NCBI GenBank assembly: GCA_045159875.1
Contig: CP067995.1
Location: 1 to 64,000, forward strand
Direction of reading: 5' to 3'
Length of the DNA: 64,000 nucleotides
From: a cyanobacterium endosymbiont of Rhopalodia gibba
Lineage (GTDB): Bacteria > Cyanobacteriota > Cyanobacteriia > Cyanobacteriales > Microcystaceae
The position numbers and the translations under genes were made by a program. The notes below the pieces were generated by a model, which was not told the DNA's origin, searched no databases, and saw nothing but the letters and a program-made list of their open reading frames with translations. Below are positions 36,325 through 48,055 of the stretch, in pieces (within the stretch, counting starts at the first letter, position 1; every line of letters begins with the position of its first letter).

Positions 36325-36867
36325 TTAACTTTGAAAATCGAGCTTTTCAATATCTTGGCGAATATCATTAAGATCAATATAGCGATCAGTAGCATTTCTC
36401 AATTCCCTAGCAATCATGCCCTCCGTAGAAACAACTGTAATATGAGTACTCTTAGAACGTAATAGTTCAATTGCTCGTTCAAAATCTCCATCACCACTAA
36501 AAAGAATCACTCGATCATATTGATCTACTGTATTAAACATATCAACTACAATTTCAATATCAAGATTCGCTTTTTGTGAATAACGACCGGATATATCATC
36601 ATAATATTCTTTAAGAATTTTGGTTCTGACTGTATATCCTAAACTTATTAAAGCGTCTCGAAATCCTCTTTGATCTTGAGAATCTTTTAAACCAGTGTAC
36701 CAAAAAGCATTTACTAAACTAACGATAGGATCTTTAGTAAAATATTCGAGAACTCTCCTCGGGTCAAAAAACCAGCTGTTTTTTTGTTGAGCATAAAACA
36801 TATTATTACCATCAATAAATATAGAAACACGCTCTTTCTGAAAAAGACAAATATTCGTAGCATCCAT
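36325..36867 (-). CDS. labA: LabA (NYN/DUF88 domain), circadian output modulator
   Basis: IFIDGNNMFYAQQKN.WFFDPRRVL, SGDGDFERAIELLR and ARELRNATDRYIDLNDIR match cyanobacterial LabA. Confidence 0.88.
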   Translation of the reverse strand: MDATNICLFQKERVSIFIDGNNMFYAQQKNSWFFDPRRVLEYFTKDPIVSLVNAFWYTGLKDSQDQRGFRDALISLGYTVRTKILKEYYDDISGRYSQKANLDIEIVVDMFNTVDQYDRVILFSGDGDFERAIELLRSKSTHITVVSTEGMIARELRNATDRYIDLNDIRQDIEKLDFQS

Positions 36868-37859
36868 GAAATTAAAACCTAAGATTATTTAGAAATAAAA
36901 AATTTTTTTTAGCTTAATAGTCCAGTTAAGCAATTTTACTTAATTAAAATCTTACCTTAAAAGTTTCTCCCTTTGTTGTGATGGATATCTTAAATAGAAA
37001 GAAGAAGTCTTTAGGATACAAGTCAACGAGAAAAATGCTTCTTTAGAAGGATTTTCAGTTAAGTCTAGGTCTTTAACTATTGAGAGAACTTCAAAGACAT
37101 AATTGTCTAGAATTCTTCTTAAGCTACTAAATAAGAACACCAATTGCTCCATCATACTGGACATAATTATGCAGTAGTGACACCTACTAAAGCTGAAGGA
37201 AATTAATCTGCTTGTGTTCCTCTCGATAGCCATTGTTATCTCCTGAATTTATAAAAATAACTACTGCTAAAAAAGGGCAGTAAAAACAAACTGTAGTTCT
37301 TCATAAGCAATCACTACATTTTTTTAGGTAAAGTGTCAATTTATGCTAATTATTAAGAATATACCTTCCCCATGAGTAGTGATAAGGGATAATAAATCTC
37401 AGTCTATATTAAAGTAATAAGCTTCTGGGATGTGACTTAAATCAAATTATTTTAATTGAAAATGATAATAGATAATAATAAGTTTTAGTATTAGTCAATT
37501 GGCTGACAAGCTATTCACCAGTCAAAATAGAAGGGGAAAAATATTTATATCTTTAATAATCATCAAAGTCAAGTTTAATTTAGATTAATCAGGAGATTTT
37601 TTTGCTATTCTAGAGTAACTACGATAAAATCATTAAAAATATAATTTAAATTATATTTCTAAAAACCATTGATACTAATTAATCAGATTAATCTAAAAAA
37701 GCCAGAATAGCTATCAACGATTATGGTAGTAAGATTCTCAAAATAGTAGAAATTTAAATATAGATTTAATCTGCTAATTTAGTATATTAAATACTTGTAG
37801 CAATACATTGAAATCTACCGATTTTAGACATTAAATTACGATTTAATAAATATACTATT

Positions 37860-39050
37860 TAATCCATGACTTAATCTTATTACTCAGGTGATTAATATCG
37901 ACGGTGCAAAAATGACTAGTTATTATTGTATAAGTCAGGATTTAATCTTGATATAACTCAAAAAGATCACTTGTATAAAGTCAGAAATATTTTTGGTATT
38001 TCTCTAAGTAAATTGTTACCAGTTTAAATGTACTCAATACCATAAAAGGACTAGATTTTGTTAAAAAGAGAAAATCCTATACAGATAAGACTAACTTTAA
38101 AAATTCCTCAATAAATTTTAGAAACTAACGAAAAAATGCCGCTTTTAAAAAAGATCAAAAAAATCAAAAAGTTAGGAATTTATGAAATAACTTATCTTAA
38201 AAGAGTAAAAAAAATACGCAGTAATTTTAGTTAATATAGATAGAAAATTCAAAATTAATAGCTTTTTTTAAAAAAAGAAAGAGGTAATAGTAAACTATTT
38301 CTACAGTCTGAGTTCATAGGTGTTGATCCAAATAGAATAGATGAGCATAGATAGTTCTACTAAACCTGTCAGATAAAATCATCGATATTAATGTCTTGAA
38401 AACCTGATTTAAAAATTGTTTAAGTTTCTAATAGTTTGCTTGTTATTAGAATCATTGCTCAATCAGCTCAATCAGACTATGTTAAGGTTTGGTAGATTTT
38501 TACTATCCTAAGTTTGGTAGAGTTGTATAGATTTGTCGATTTGCTATAAAGAGGGTTATCAAAGAAATACTTTCTCATGCCAAAATAGTAGTGTAAAGAC
38601 TAACAAAAGATATGCATAAAAACTTAAAGATAAAAGAAAAATAGATAAAAAACTAGCTGGCATAATCCATAGTAAATATCCCTTATTCAAGAAGAAAGAA
38701 AGCTAAGATAGAGTAAATTAAAAAAATGTCATCAGTCTTAGAGAATATCTATCAAATAAAAGAGGAGATAAGAAATATCTTTAAACCTCAAACAATAAGT
38801 GATGAGGCTCTCAATAAATTTCTAGAATGAATAGAAACTGCTTACAAATATTTTCCGAAAAGTTCTCAGATAATATGTAGATATATGAACATAATTGTAA
38901 CATTCAAACTTCCGAAGATTAGCAGGAGCGATCAATTAAAAAATCAAATTAATTAAAAGACAAGCTTGTAGCTTGACTAACTTTGACAATCTTAGAAAGA
39001 TAGTTTTATCAGACTAGTACTTTTTCTGCTGACTTATTACACTAAATCTA
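37860..39050 (+). mobile_element. Second decayed ISL3-family transposase remnant
   Basis: LNLITQVINIDG, VFL*VNCYQFKC, LDFVKKRKSYT, KKLGIYEI (cf. LGIDEI), YAVILVNID, VIKEILSHAKIV, YQIKEEIRNIF, YFPKSSQII and IKLIKRQACSLTNFDNLR. Confidence 0.85.
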
Positions 39051-39467
39051 ATAGCTCCCTAATGCTTTAATCTAATTCTCCTTGACTAGAAAATATTTCA
39101 AAAATCTAATCAATACTAGTTAGTTCAAATAAAATTTAAATTTGTTAGTTGATTGAACAGAGAAATATTTTTTGACTTGACATTTTTGCTCTCTTTGTCA
39201 ACATTATTAATGCTTCCAAACCTATACTTTCCATAAAAGTAACATTTGTAAAATCAATAACAATTATTATTGTCTCTATTTAAATCAAAGAAATAATTAC
39301 TTTACGAAAACTATCGATTTAGATCCGCTCTAAAATATCGGAAGGTTTAAAACGTCTAAATTCATAAGTCATAGTTAATTTACTAACTTATTACTATTGA
39401 AAAAGTAATTTTAATATAGTTTTAGAAGCTTACGGACAGAGATATTAAATTCTATAACTCTACGGAT

Positions 39468-41396
39468 TTATAACCATTTAACTGGAAATCCTAAGGGCTG
39501 TTGGAAAGAAATTTCAAATTTTTCTAATAATTGGCGGAATTGTTCTCCTTCAATGGTCTCTTGGTCAATTAAAATGTCTACTAAGTGATCAATGGCAGTA
39601 CGATTCTCTTGAATTATCTTTTGAGCTTTATCATGGCAATGATCTACAATATATCGTACTTGATAGTCAATTTTATCTGCAATCTCCTGAGAATAATCAG
39701 ATTCATTGTGCTCATCATTTTCTAAAGCAACTAATCCTAACTCAGACATTCCGAAGCGAGTTACCATTTGTCGGGCCAAGTCAGTCACTTTTTCAATATC
39801 GTTCCCAGCTCCAGTTGTGACTTCATCCTCACCGAAAATTATTTCTTCAGCAGATCTACCCCCCAATAAAGCGGCAATTCTGGCCAACAATTGATTTCTG
39901 GTAGTTAGTCTATATTCTTCATCTGGAGTAAACCAAGTTAAACCTTTGACTTGTCCTCTGGGAATTAAAGTAACTTTTTCCACGGGATCGTGGCTACCAC
40001 ATAAAGTTCCTACGATCGCATGACCCACTTCATGATAGGCAATTAACCGTTTACTCTTACTATCGACTAAAGGAGTTCCTTCCATTCCAGCCACGACCCG
40101 ATCAATAGCATCGTTAATTTCTGTCATGGTAATGGCTTCTTTGCGTCGCCGTGCTGTAAAAATTGCCGCTTCGTTGAGGACATTGGCCAAATCTGCTCCT
40201 GTAAACCCTGGAGTCCGTCGGGCGATCGCTTCTAAGGAAACTTTTTCATTAACTTTTTTATCCCTGGCGTGAACTTCCAAAATGCCTTGACGACCTTTAA
40301 AATCAGGATAATCCACCATTAACTGTCGGTCAAAACGTCCAGGGCGTAACAATGCTTTATCGAGGACATGAGAACGGTTGGTCGCTGCAATTACAATAAT
40401 TCCCTGATTACCCTCAAAGCCATCCATTTCTGTTAATAATTGGTTAAGGGTTTGTTCCCTTTCATCATTTCCTCCTCCATAACCTACTCCTCGTTGACGA
40501 CCTACCGCATCAATTTCGTCAATAAAAATAAGACAAGGGGCGTTTTCTTTAGCTTTTTTAAATAAATCTCGTACCCGTGAAGCCCCGACACCGACAAACA
40601 TCTCTACAAATTCTGAGCCTGATATACTAAAGAAGGGAACAGCTGCTTCTCCTGCAATAGCTTTAGCGAGCAAAGTTTTGCCAGTTCCGGGAGGTCCGAC
40701 TAACAGTACCCCTTTAGGGATTTTTGCGCCTATTGCCGTAAATTTTTCAGGTTGTTTGAGGAAAGTCACTACTTCTTGTAATTCCTCTTTAGCTTCGTCA
40801 ATACCAGCTACCGCGTCAAAGGTAATTCCTGTTTTGGCTTCCATCTGGAAACGGGCGCGTGATTTTCCAAAGTTCATAGCTTGACCAGACATACTGGCTG
40901 AACGTCGTAGAATTACTAGAAAAATTGCAAATAATAAAAAAAGAACGATTAAATTGGTAACTAATCCGATTGCAGCTGAGTTATCGGCGGATGGACGAAT
41001 TGCAAATGGCACTTCGTTATCTCGAAGTTTAGCAATCAATTCAGTATTAAGATGATTTTTAAATATGGGAATTTCTTGATGTTGCCCTTTCTTATCTGGG
41101 TCTTTCAATGTCACTTTAGCTTTTTGTTGTTTGGGATCAATTTCCACGTTGGCGACTTGATCCGATTCAATTTTCTCAATTAATTCGGTGTAGCTGCCTT
41201 GATCAGCTTTAGTCTCTGTTTTCGTTTGTCCCCAACTGGGTGTGGCTATTAGTAATGATTGAATGAGCATCAAACTAGTAACAAACCGATCCCATACTTT
41301 TAAGGAGATTTTATGTTTCTTTGATTGTTTAGCCTTGGGGGCTACTGTATTTTTCTTTATCATAGTTTGTTGAGTTAGATTTTGCTCTGAGGTCAA
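39468..41396 (-). CDS. ftsH: ATP-dependent zinc metalloprotease FtsH
   Basis: Walker A GPPGTGKT, Walker B IFIDEID, RPGRFDR and HEVGH zinc motif. Start codon is uncertain. Confidence 0.97.
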   Translation of the reverse strand: MTSEQNLTQQTMIKKNTVAPKAKQSKKHKISLKVWDRFVTSLMLIQSLLIATPSWGQTKTETKADQGSYTELIEKIESDQVANVEIDPKQQKAKVTLKDPDKKGQHQEIPIFKNHLNTELIAKLRDNEVPFAIRPSADNSAAIGLVTNLIVLFLLFAIFLVILRRSASMSGQAMNFGKSRARFQMEAKTGITFDAVAGIDEAKEELQEVVTFLKQPEKFTAIGAKIPKGVLLVGPPGTGKTLLAKAIAGEAAVPFFSISGSEFVEMFVGVGASRVRDLFKKAKENAPCLIFIDEIDAVGRQRGVGYGGGNDEREQTLNQLLTEMDGFEGNQGIIVIAATNRSHVLDKALLRPGRFDRQLMVDYPDFKGRQGILEVHARDKKVNEKVSLEAIARRTPGFTGADLANVLNEAAIFTARRRKEAITMTEINDAIDRVVAGMEGTPLVDSKSKRLIAYHEVGHAIVGTLCGSHDPVEKVTLIPRGQVKGLTWFTPDEEYRLTTRNQLLARIAALLGGRSAEEIIFGEDEVTTGAGNDIEKVTDLARQMVTRFGMSELGLVALENDEHNESDYSQEIADKIDYQVRYIVDHCHDKAQKIIQENRTAIDHLVDILIDQETIEGEQFRQLLEKFEISFQQPLGFPVKWL

Positions 41397-41569
41397 CTTA
41401 AGAATAGTTGTCCATAACTAAGTTCAGCCAAGAAGTTATTTTATTTTTATTATGAACGATGAGATGATGTCAAAGAATTGACAAGAGACAACCGTTAAGG
41501 TACTGGGCTCGTTAACAGTCAGATGCCAGCTGTTATCCTCCATAATTTTTTCCTTCTTCCCCCTTAGGT

Positions 41570-43285
41570 TTAAGAGTCTCGTCGTTCCCGATTTTTTCCG
41601 TAGCGAGTTTCTTGTAGACTATTGCTAATTCCTTGAATAATTCCACGAACAATTAGTCCTAATCCTCTACCAATAACCTGAGTGAGTAGATAAACTAAAC
41701 CATTACCAATCAATCTGACCATAGAACGCAATACGGGAGCAAAGGCATCACGAGATTCTAGAATAATGGTAACTGCCCAACGAATTCCTTTAAGCTGTTT
41801 AAGTTCATGTTGTCGTGAGGCGTGAATAAAGGTGGCTTCAATTCCTTTTTTACTCCAGAATAATAGTCGGTATTTACTTTCAAAAATATTGCGCGGTTCT
41901 TCCCAAAATTGTTCTTGACGATAAGCCCAAGACAAGTTATTACGAAATTTAGCAATTTTTCTAGAAGAATCAATTTTGTCTAAATATAATTTTCGGCTTA
42001 TTACTTCGATATCTGAGAAATTATTTAAAATCAAAAACACAATCCCATTAGCTGTTTGAATAATAAAGTTTTCAAGAAAAATTTCAGCTTGATGGCAAAC
42101 TTCAGTGCTTTTAGCACAGGATGAAACATCCTCAATTATTAGTCCTTTATCAAAAAGTAAATATTTTAGCAATTCATCGAAATAATATATTTTTCTTAGA
42201 AATTCTCCTTGGACTAAACTGATATTATTGTCGATAATATTTTTAATTTCATCTAAAGTTATTAGAGGTTGTAATACACAATACTTCCCTAAAAAATTAA
42301 CTGCTGATTCCTGCCAAATTTTTTGGGTGATCATGGCGGTATCCTTCGGTAATTCTGAAGCATCTGCTGTAATAAACTCCAAGTCTTCTAAGCTTCTCCC
42401 CAACTGATGAATAACAATGGTCATTAACTCTTCTTTTTTATCAGCTTGGAGAATATCTATTTCTAGAGAAATTGATGTTAAATTATCGGAGTTGATCGCT
42501 AATTTTTCAAGGGTATTCTTGAAAATTGCTAGGTTATTGAGCGATTTTACCCCTAGGATGTTTGTTGAGGACTTAGCTGAGAATCCAGGAGTATCGTTCT
42601 GATTTTGAGAACCTCTTGAGGAAAGCTTTGATTGTGAGGTTGGTGCAGCCATAGCAACATCGATGGGAATTAATCTATTAATTAACCATTTTGCAGCTAA
42701 TAATTCTCGTCTTTTCCCTTTCAAAAATTCTTTGTCAACCCACGATAATTGGTTTTGGTCAAGCCGTAGATTAATTTGTGTAATGGTTTTATTAATTTGT
42801 TTTAATCCTAATTGTTTACCCTGTAAAAGCCATGTCTGAGGAGATTTAGGTTGTTCCAGAGTTACATTAGACGAGGGGACAGCTAGGGTCGGCCAAGCTG
42901 TCTGACCTTGAGCTATTTTCTGCAGTTGTTCGATCAAACGTTCTATCGTTATCCCTTTTGGACAATAACCCTCAACACCAGCTTGTTTAGCCGTTTGTAG
43001 TGACAATGGGTCAGTCAAATGACTTAACAAACATATTTTAAGAGTGCGATAGGTTTGTTTAATCTCTTCGAGAAACCTCCACCCCTCTGAGACGTTATTG
43101 GGGGTATCAGGATCTAAGATGATTAGATCTACTGACTGTTTTATTAGGGTTTCTCGGATAGGTTGAGAGAAATCGGTTTGAACGACAACACGGAAATCGG
43201 AATAGTTCCTTAAGACATTAGAGAGTCCTAAGCGAAAAATAGCATCATTATCAATTAGTAGTAGATTAATCGGGCGATCGCTCAC
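41570..43285 (-). CDS. ycf55: Ycf55 / DUF3685 receiver-domain protein
   Basis: N-terminal REC-like domain (LLLIDNDAIFRLGL..GYCPKG) and DUF3685 C-terminus (SSRKIAKFRNNLSW, EPRNIFES, LE.RDA.AP, IGRGLGLI.RGI.QG). Confidence 0.88.
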   Translation of the reverse strand: MSDRPINLLLIDNDAIFRLGLSNVLRNYSDFRVVVQTDFSQPIRETLIKQSVDLIILDPDTPNNVSEGWRFLEEIKQTYRTLKICLLSHLTDPLSLQTAKQAGVEGYCPKGITIERLIEQLQKIAQGQTAWPTLAVPSSNVTLEQPKSPQTWLLQGKQLGLKQINKTITQINLRLDQNQLSWVDKEFLKGKRRELLAAKWLINRLIPIDVAMAAPTSQSKLSSRGSQNQNDTPGFSAKSSTNILGVKSLNNLAIFKNTLEKLAINSDNLTSISLEIDILQADKKEELMTIVIHQLGRSLEDLEFITADASELPKDTAMITQKIWQESAVNFLGKYCVLQPLITLDEIKNIIDNNISLVQGEFLRKIYYFDELLKYLLFDKGLIIEDVSSCAKSTEVCHQAEIFLENFIIQTANGIVFLILNNFSDIEVISRKLYLDKIDSSRKIAKFRNNLSWAYRQEQFWEEPRNIFESKYRLLFWSKKGIEATFIHASRQHELKQLKGIRWAVTIILESRDAFAPVLRSMVRLIGNGLVYLLTQVIGRGLGLIVRGIIQGISNSLQETRYGKNRERRDS

Positions 43286-43336
43286 GATGCTTAAGAAAAA
43301 ATGATAACACTATCTCTAGTTTAATCCAGGTTTGTC

Positions 43337-43771
43337 CTATTGCTTATAACCAAAAAAGTCGATTCGATAGTCAGTTATTTTCACCCCTGTTTGCTGTTCC
43401 ACTTGTTCAAGTAATTCCGGGGGTAATTTTAGATAGATGTCCATGATTTGTTGTGTATCTAGGCAGTTAACATGACTGTGAGAGTCACTGATATGACCGT
43501 ATAGCCTGCCGTCAGCTCGTTCAATACATTCAATGATCCCTTGCTTTGAAAGAGCCTCTAGATTTTGATAGACTGAGGTGTGGCCAATCTCTTTACCCTC
43601 TTGGGAGAGATACTCGTAAATTTCCCTAGCAGACAAGTGTCCCTTAGCTTTCCAGAGTAATTCTAGGATGAAGCGACGTTGACGACTGACCCGCATTCCC
43701 AGTGCCTGACAAAGATTAAGGGCATCTTCCAGTGATCGGAGTGGTTGGCTTTGTCCTCCTTGTTTACTCAT
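43337..43771 (-). CDS. perR: Fur-family regulator, cyanobacterial PerR/FurC type
   Basis: GMRVSRQRRFILELLW..HLSAREIY, IGHTSVYQNLEAL, HSHVNCLDT. Confidence 0.85.
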   Translation of the reverse strand: MSKQGGQSQPLRSLEDALNLCQALGMRVSRQRRFILELLWKAKGHLSAREIYEYLSQEGKEIGHTSVYQNLEALSKQGIIECIERADGRLYGHISDSHSHVNCLDTQQIMDIYLKLPPELLEQVEQQTGVKITDYRIDFFGYKQ

Positions 43772-44029
43772 GACTATGCTGATTACTCTTGAGAACTTAG
43801 TAGATTATAAATTCATTACCAGTTTAGCTTAGATTATTTTTTGACTTCTAATGAAGACTGCTTAAGTTTTTCTAGTTGTGTTGATGTAAGAGATTTCTAT
43901 TGTTAAGTTATCCGTAGGTCTTTATTTTGACTAGTTGTAGCTAAACTTTCTGGGTTATCGTACTGAAAATAAATTATTTGAGTTAGGAAACAAATGGTTA
44001 ATATTTATTTGTCAAAGTAAGCTTTACCG

Positions 44030-44560
44030 TACCCGAACTAAAACTCTTTTGAGTGCTATCTTGAAACTACAGTGTCCAAAAAAAAAGAAACTAAAAAAGT
44101 AGGAAATTTTTAGATGAAGAGGTAGATGACACTGAGTAGACAAAAAATGTATCTATTTTTTCTAGCAATTGATGATCTAGAATTATTTATAATAAAAGGG
44201 AATATAATAAAATTGAAGCTCATATAATTTGCGGAAGTATATTTTAAGATAAATATAATTTAGTTAAGCCAATTCATCCAATTATTACTCAGAGTAGTTA
44301 ATCTAAAAAACATCAATCATACAATTTGAGAAGGGCACAAACATTCTTAGTCCTAAGCCCTAAGATAGCTTGATTTGACAATAATGCTAATAACAAGAAA
44401 ACTATTAGGTATTAGGATAGAAACTTAAATAATTCCCATATAAGACTTTCAAGACGTTAGTATTAATAATTTCACATAACTGGTTAAGTAGAACACGATT
44501 GATTGTGCCTCTCTAATTATTTAACAAAACACGCAGAGAAGTTCTCACTAAGTAGCTTCT
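44030..44560 (+). mobile_element. Possible very old DDE transposase remnant (IS5/ISL2-like) next to the tRNA-Met 3' end
   Basis: Faint fragments NYSVQKKR (cf. YSGKKKRH) and PKP...NNKK.LGIRIE (cf. PxKKP...N..LS..RIxVEH). Confidence 0.25.
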
Positions 44561-44595
44561 ATCAGAATCAACTATTAAACTTTTAACTTTATCAA

Positions 44596-44669
44596 TGGCT
44601 CAAGGCAGATTTGAACTGCCGACCTTGGGCTTATGAGTCCCCTGCTCTAACCTACTGAGCTACTGAGCC
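44596..44669 (-). tRNA. trnM: tRNA-Met(CAT), elongator type; CCA not encoded
   Basis: The reverse complement GGCTCAGTAGCTCAGTAGGTTAGAGCAGGGGACTCATAAGCCCAAGGTCGGCAGTTCAAATCTGCCTTGAGCCA forms a cloverleaf with anticodon CAT. Confidence 0.95.
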
Positions 44670-44787
44670 GTACCCTTTTTATCATGGTTAGCATAACACA
44701 AAATAACGAGATTAACCAAAGTAAATAAAAAATCAGAGGAAGTCTAACCTTCCCCTGAGAAGGGATTAAACTGAAAAAATCTATTGA

Positions 44788-47043
44788 TTACTTTCTTTTC
44801 TTGGGTAACAAGGCTACAGGATTAACCGCTCCTGTGCCACTCGGATGAACTTCAAAATGAAGGTGAGGACCGGTACTGTATCCTGTACTCCCCATTTCAG
44901 CAATTTGCTGCCCTTGCTCTACCTTTTGTCCACGACGGACTAACAGACGGTTATTATGGGCATAGAGAGTAATACTACCGTCAGGGTGACGAACTTTAAC
45001 TAATTTTCCGTAGCCTCCCGAATTCCATCCGGCTGTAATCACCTCACCTGGGGCTGCGGCAATGATAGGAGTACCAATGGGAGCCGCAATATCGATTCCT
45101 CTATGCATTCTGCCCCAGCGTCGGCCATAGCCGGAAGTCAACACCCCTTTACTTGGCCAAATATAGCCAGTAAACTGCATAGGGGCATGAGGAAGATAAT
45201 TATCAGGAATGGATAAAGGCGGTAATTCAGGTCCGACATTTGTCCCCACGGGAATACGGAAAGCGTCATTATATTGTTCTGCATCGTTAGGAGCAGCCCC
45301 CATTAACCGAGAACGGAATTTAGGTAGCTGTTGGGCAACTTGCTGTTGAGAAGAAGGGTAATTACGGCGATTACTGGTCCACTCAGGATTTAAAGTTTGT
45401 CCTAACACAGGAGTTTTGGATTTTCTTGGATTATCAGGCTCTGTTTTAATTCTGCTAGCTTCAGTGTCAACTGCATATTCCTGTTCAAGGTTAGCAATAT
45501 CTGTTTTCAGTTGTTCGGTATAGGAATCTGGACTAGAATTAACAGAAATCTCGAACATTTCGAGATCTTCATTTTCAGACGACTGTTTCTCCCATCGATC
45601 AACCTCCTCCGAAGAAGCTGATGATAGCACACTCACAGAAACTGGAAGGGGAGAATCAGAAAATCGACTAGGAGATGAGGCTATTAAATTTTGAGATTGA
45701 AGAATATGAGGTCGATTTTTATATTGTGCCTGTGTTACAGATTCAGGAAGAACCAAACTCTGATGAACCTTAATCAAATTTGGATTAGTAATGCTATTAG
45801 CTCGAATTAACTCTGAAAGGGTTAAGCCATGATGACGAGCAATACTATTAAGAGTGTCTCCAGGTTGAACACGATAGGATTTTTTAGTTTGAACTAATTT
45901 TATTTGTGATTTAGGAACAATCCGAGCTTGCTCAGTTGAGGTTGATTCTACAGATATCTCAATTTTAGATGGTTCAAAATTTGATTTGCTAAGGGTTGAA
46001 GAGTAGGGAGGAAGAACATCGATTGAGGCTAGATCGTTTTCAGGTGTAGAAACTGGAATCGGAATAGGCTCATTAAATTGAGGAATTTCTTCTTGTTCCA
46101 TCTGGGACAAGGGAACTGAAGGAAGTTTCGTAAAAGAGGACAACGCCGAAGAGGAATTTTTACCAGTTTTTTCTAGTGTGGAAGTAGAAGAAACATTCTT
46201 ACTTGAAAAACTAGAAGACAGAGAACCGGCAGTATTTACAGGCGTGCTTAGACTCGAAGCCGAAACTGACTCAGTCTTCTGGGAGGTAATCGCTCGAATT
46301 GCCGTTTCTCTGATGGACCTATTCTCTTGAAGTTTACTGCTAATAGGTCTTAAGGGTTGACTCACATCAGAGACATCGGCTAGCAAGGAACTAATATTAG
46401 ACTTTAGGTTAGACTTCTCCGTTTTTAACTCAGCCAAACTATCTTGTAAACGTTTACGAGTTTCTCTAAGGTGATCGAGAGAAGTATTGACAGGTTTGGA
46501 GGGTAATTCTTGGGACTCGGAGAGTACTGTTCCAAGTTGACGTGATGAAACCTGAAGCTGAGATTCTTCTAGGGAAGGAATTTTTAAAATTTGCCCAGAA
46601 ACTAAGTCGGCTTCAACAGAGAGTTTATTGAGGGTAGCGAGCGCTGCTGCTTCCACTTGATACTCTTGGGCTAGTTGCCTGATAGATTCTCCGATCTTAA
46701 CTTTGTGCTTAAGATTTAGAGGAGCTAATTGACTTTTAGAGGAGCTAGTGGCGTTAGTTGAGCTCAACGAGGCTGATAAATTTGAAAGAGTAGTAGTAGC
46801 AGTTAATGAGTTAGCTGCTGCTGCTACTGCTACTTTATTTTGAGTCAGTAACAATCCTGTAGCTCCCATAGAAATGGCCAGTCCAATCATGGCCGTAGAG
46901 CGACGTACTTGACCACAATTGTTATTGGGAGTGGGAGTTAAACTGCCTAATGGAAGCTCGGTTAGAGGGATAACTGATGTATCGGAATAGTCAGCAATGC
47001 ACGAAGATATGGGCGTTGCTTTGCGTGTAAATGTATTTTTCAA
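44788..47043 (-). CDS. nlpD: LysM/M23 peptidoglycan metalloendopeptidase (NlpD-like)
   Basis: Cyanobacterial N-terminal motif RRSTAMIGLAISMGA, two LysM domains (HKVKIGES..., YRVQPGDTL...), and M23 motifs HRGID, YAHN and STGPHLHFE. Confidence 0.9.
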   Translation of the reverse strand: MKNTFTRKATPISSCIADYSDTSVIPLTELPLGSLTPTPNNNCGQVRRSTAMIGLAISMGATGLLLTQNKVAVAAAANSLTATTTLSNLSASLSSTNATSSSKSQLAPLNLKHKVKIGESIRQLAQEYQVEAAALATLNKLSVEADLVSGQILKIPSLEESQLQVSSRQLGTVLSESQELPSKPVNTSLDHLRETRKRLQDSLAELKTEKSNLKSNISSLLADVSDVSQPLRPISSKLQENRSIRETAIRAITSQKTESVSASSLSTPVNTAGSLSSSFSSKNVSSTSTLEKTGKNSSSALSSFTKLPSVPLSQMEQEEIPQFNEPIPIPVSTPENDLASIDVLPPYSSTLSKSNFEPSKIEISVESTSTEQARIVPKSQIKLVQTKKSYRVQPGDTLNSIARHHGLTLSELIRANSITNPNLIKVHQSLVLPESVTQAQYKNRPHILQSQNLIASSPSRFSDSPLPVSVSVLSSASSEEVDRWEKQSSENEDLEMFEISVNSSPDSYTEQLKTDIANLEQEYAVDTEASRIKTEPDNPRKSKTPVLGQTLNPEWTSNRRNYPSSQQQVAQQLPKFRSRLMGAAPNDAEQYNDAFRIPVGTNVGPELPPLSIPDNYLPHAPMQFTGYIWPSKGVLTSGYGRRWGRMHRGIDIAAPIGTPIIAAAPGEVITAGWNSGGYGKLVKVRHPDGSITLYAHNNRLLVRRGQKVEQGQQIAEMGSTGYSTGPHLHFEVHPSGTGAVNPVALLPKKRK

Positions 47044-47490
47044 AAAAACCTCCTAATGTTAGGAACGAGCCATTATTAAAAATCTATAGATCCGGTCGAA
47101 TTTCAGAAACGGAATAGATACTTGATTTTACAGGGGAATATCTTAATAGAGATATATTAATAAGTCAATATACTCAGATATCATTTTATTGATGAAACAT
47201 TAAAATCAACTTATTTTCTTTGCTGATTTATTTTAGATAAGTATAGTCTGATTCGCATTTCAATGAGGGACTATTACATCTAATCTTTTTGTCTGATGCA
47301 AGTCTGTAGACGATAGAAGTTAATTGAAGGTTTCGTGATGGAGTATTGTCTATGGAGTATTCTCTAACGATTAAAAGCTCTGGTTTAGGGTGTTTTGAGT
47401 TAATGAAGACAACACGCTCGATTTCCTAATTCCATAAAATTGATTTCCCTGGCATTTTCAGAGAATAAATATGGATTGTTTATTAATCAC

Positions 47491-47949
47491 TTAAACCATC
47501 TTCAATTGTCGTCGTGCTTCAAATAGACCAATGGTGACGCTTACTGACAAGTTTAAACTACGCACTTGAGAGTTACTCATCGGAATATATAGGGTTTCTT
47601 GGCAATTAGCTAGAAGAGATTGGGGTAGTCCTTCGGTTTCGCTCCCAAATAACAGCCAATCACTATCTTGAAATGTCCATTCAAGATAAGAACGACAACC
47701 CCGAACGCTAAAGCAAAGTAAACGCCCCCCCTGTTGCTCATGCCAGGCTAAAAAATCTTTTAAACTGTTGTGGTAGTTAAGATTGACATAGGGCCAGTAA
47801 TCTAAACCCGCCCTTTTTAAATAACGATCACTTAACTCAAATCCTAATGGACCGACTAAATGTAATTCTGTGTCCGTAGCTGCACAAGTTCTGGCAATAT
47901 TACCAGTATTTGGTGGTATTTGCGGGTTTACTAGAATGATTCTGGGCAT
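47491..47949 (-). CDS. trmL: tRNA (cytidine/uridine34-2'-O)-methyltransferase
   Basis: PQIPPNTGNIARTC, LKRAGLDYW, FGSETEGL, VRSLNLS. Confidence 0.95.
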   Translation of the reverse strand: MPRIILVNPQIPPNTGNIARTCAATDTELHLVGPLGFELSDRYLKRAGLDYWPYVNLNYHNSLKDFLAWHEQQGGRLLCFSVRGCRSYLEWTFQDSDWLLFGSETEGLPQSLLANCQETLYIPMSNSQVRSLNLSVSVTIGLFEARRQLKMV

Positions 47950-48055
47950 AAAAATATATATTTTTTATTTAATTTAAATTAATATTTAATTTTCAATATT
48001 CACAAACATTAGTTTTGATAAACCCAAAAAATGCATATATAACTAAAATTTATGT

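Noticed and set aside
44596..44669. tRNA-Met as the integration site of an intact genomic island or prophage
   Set aside because: No integrase and no duplicated tRNA 3' end were seen. Only about 0.8 kb of decayed DNA lies next to it.
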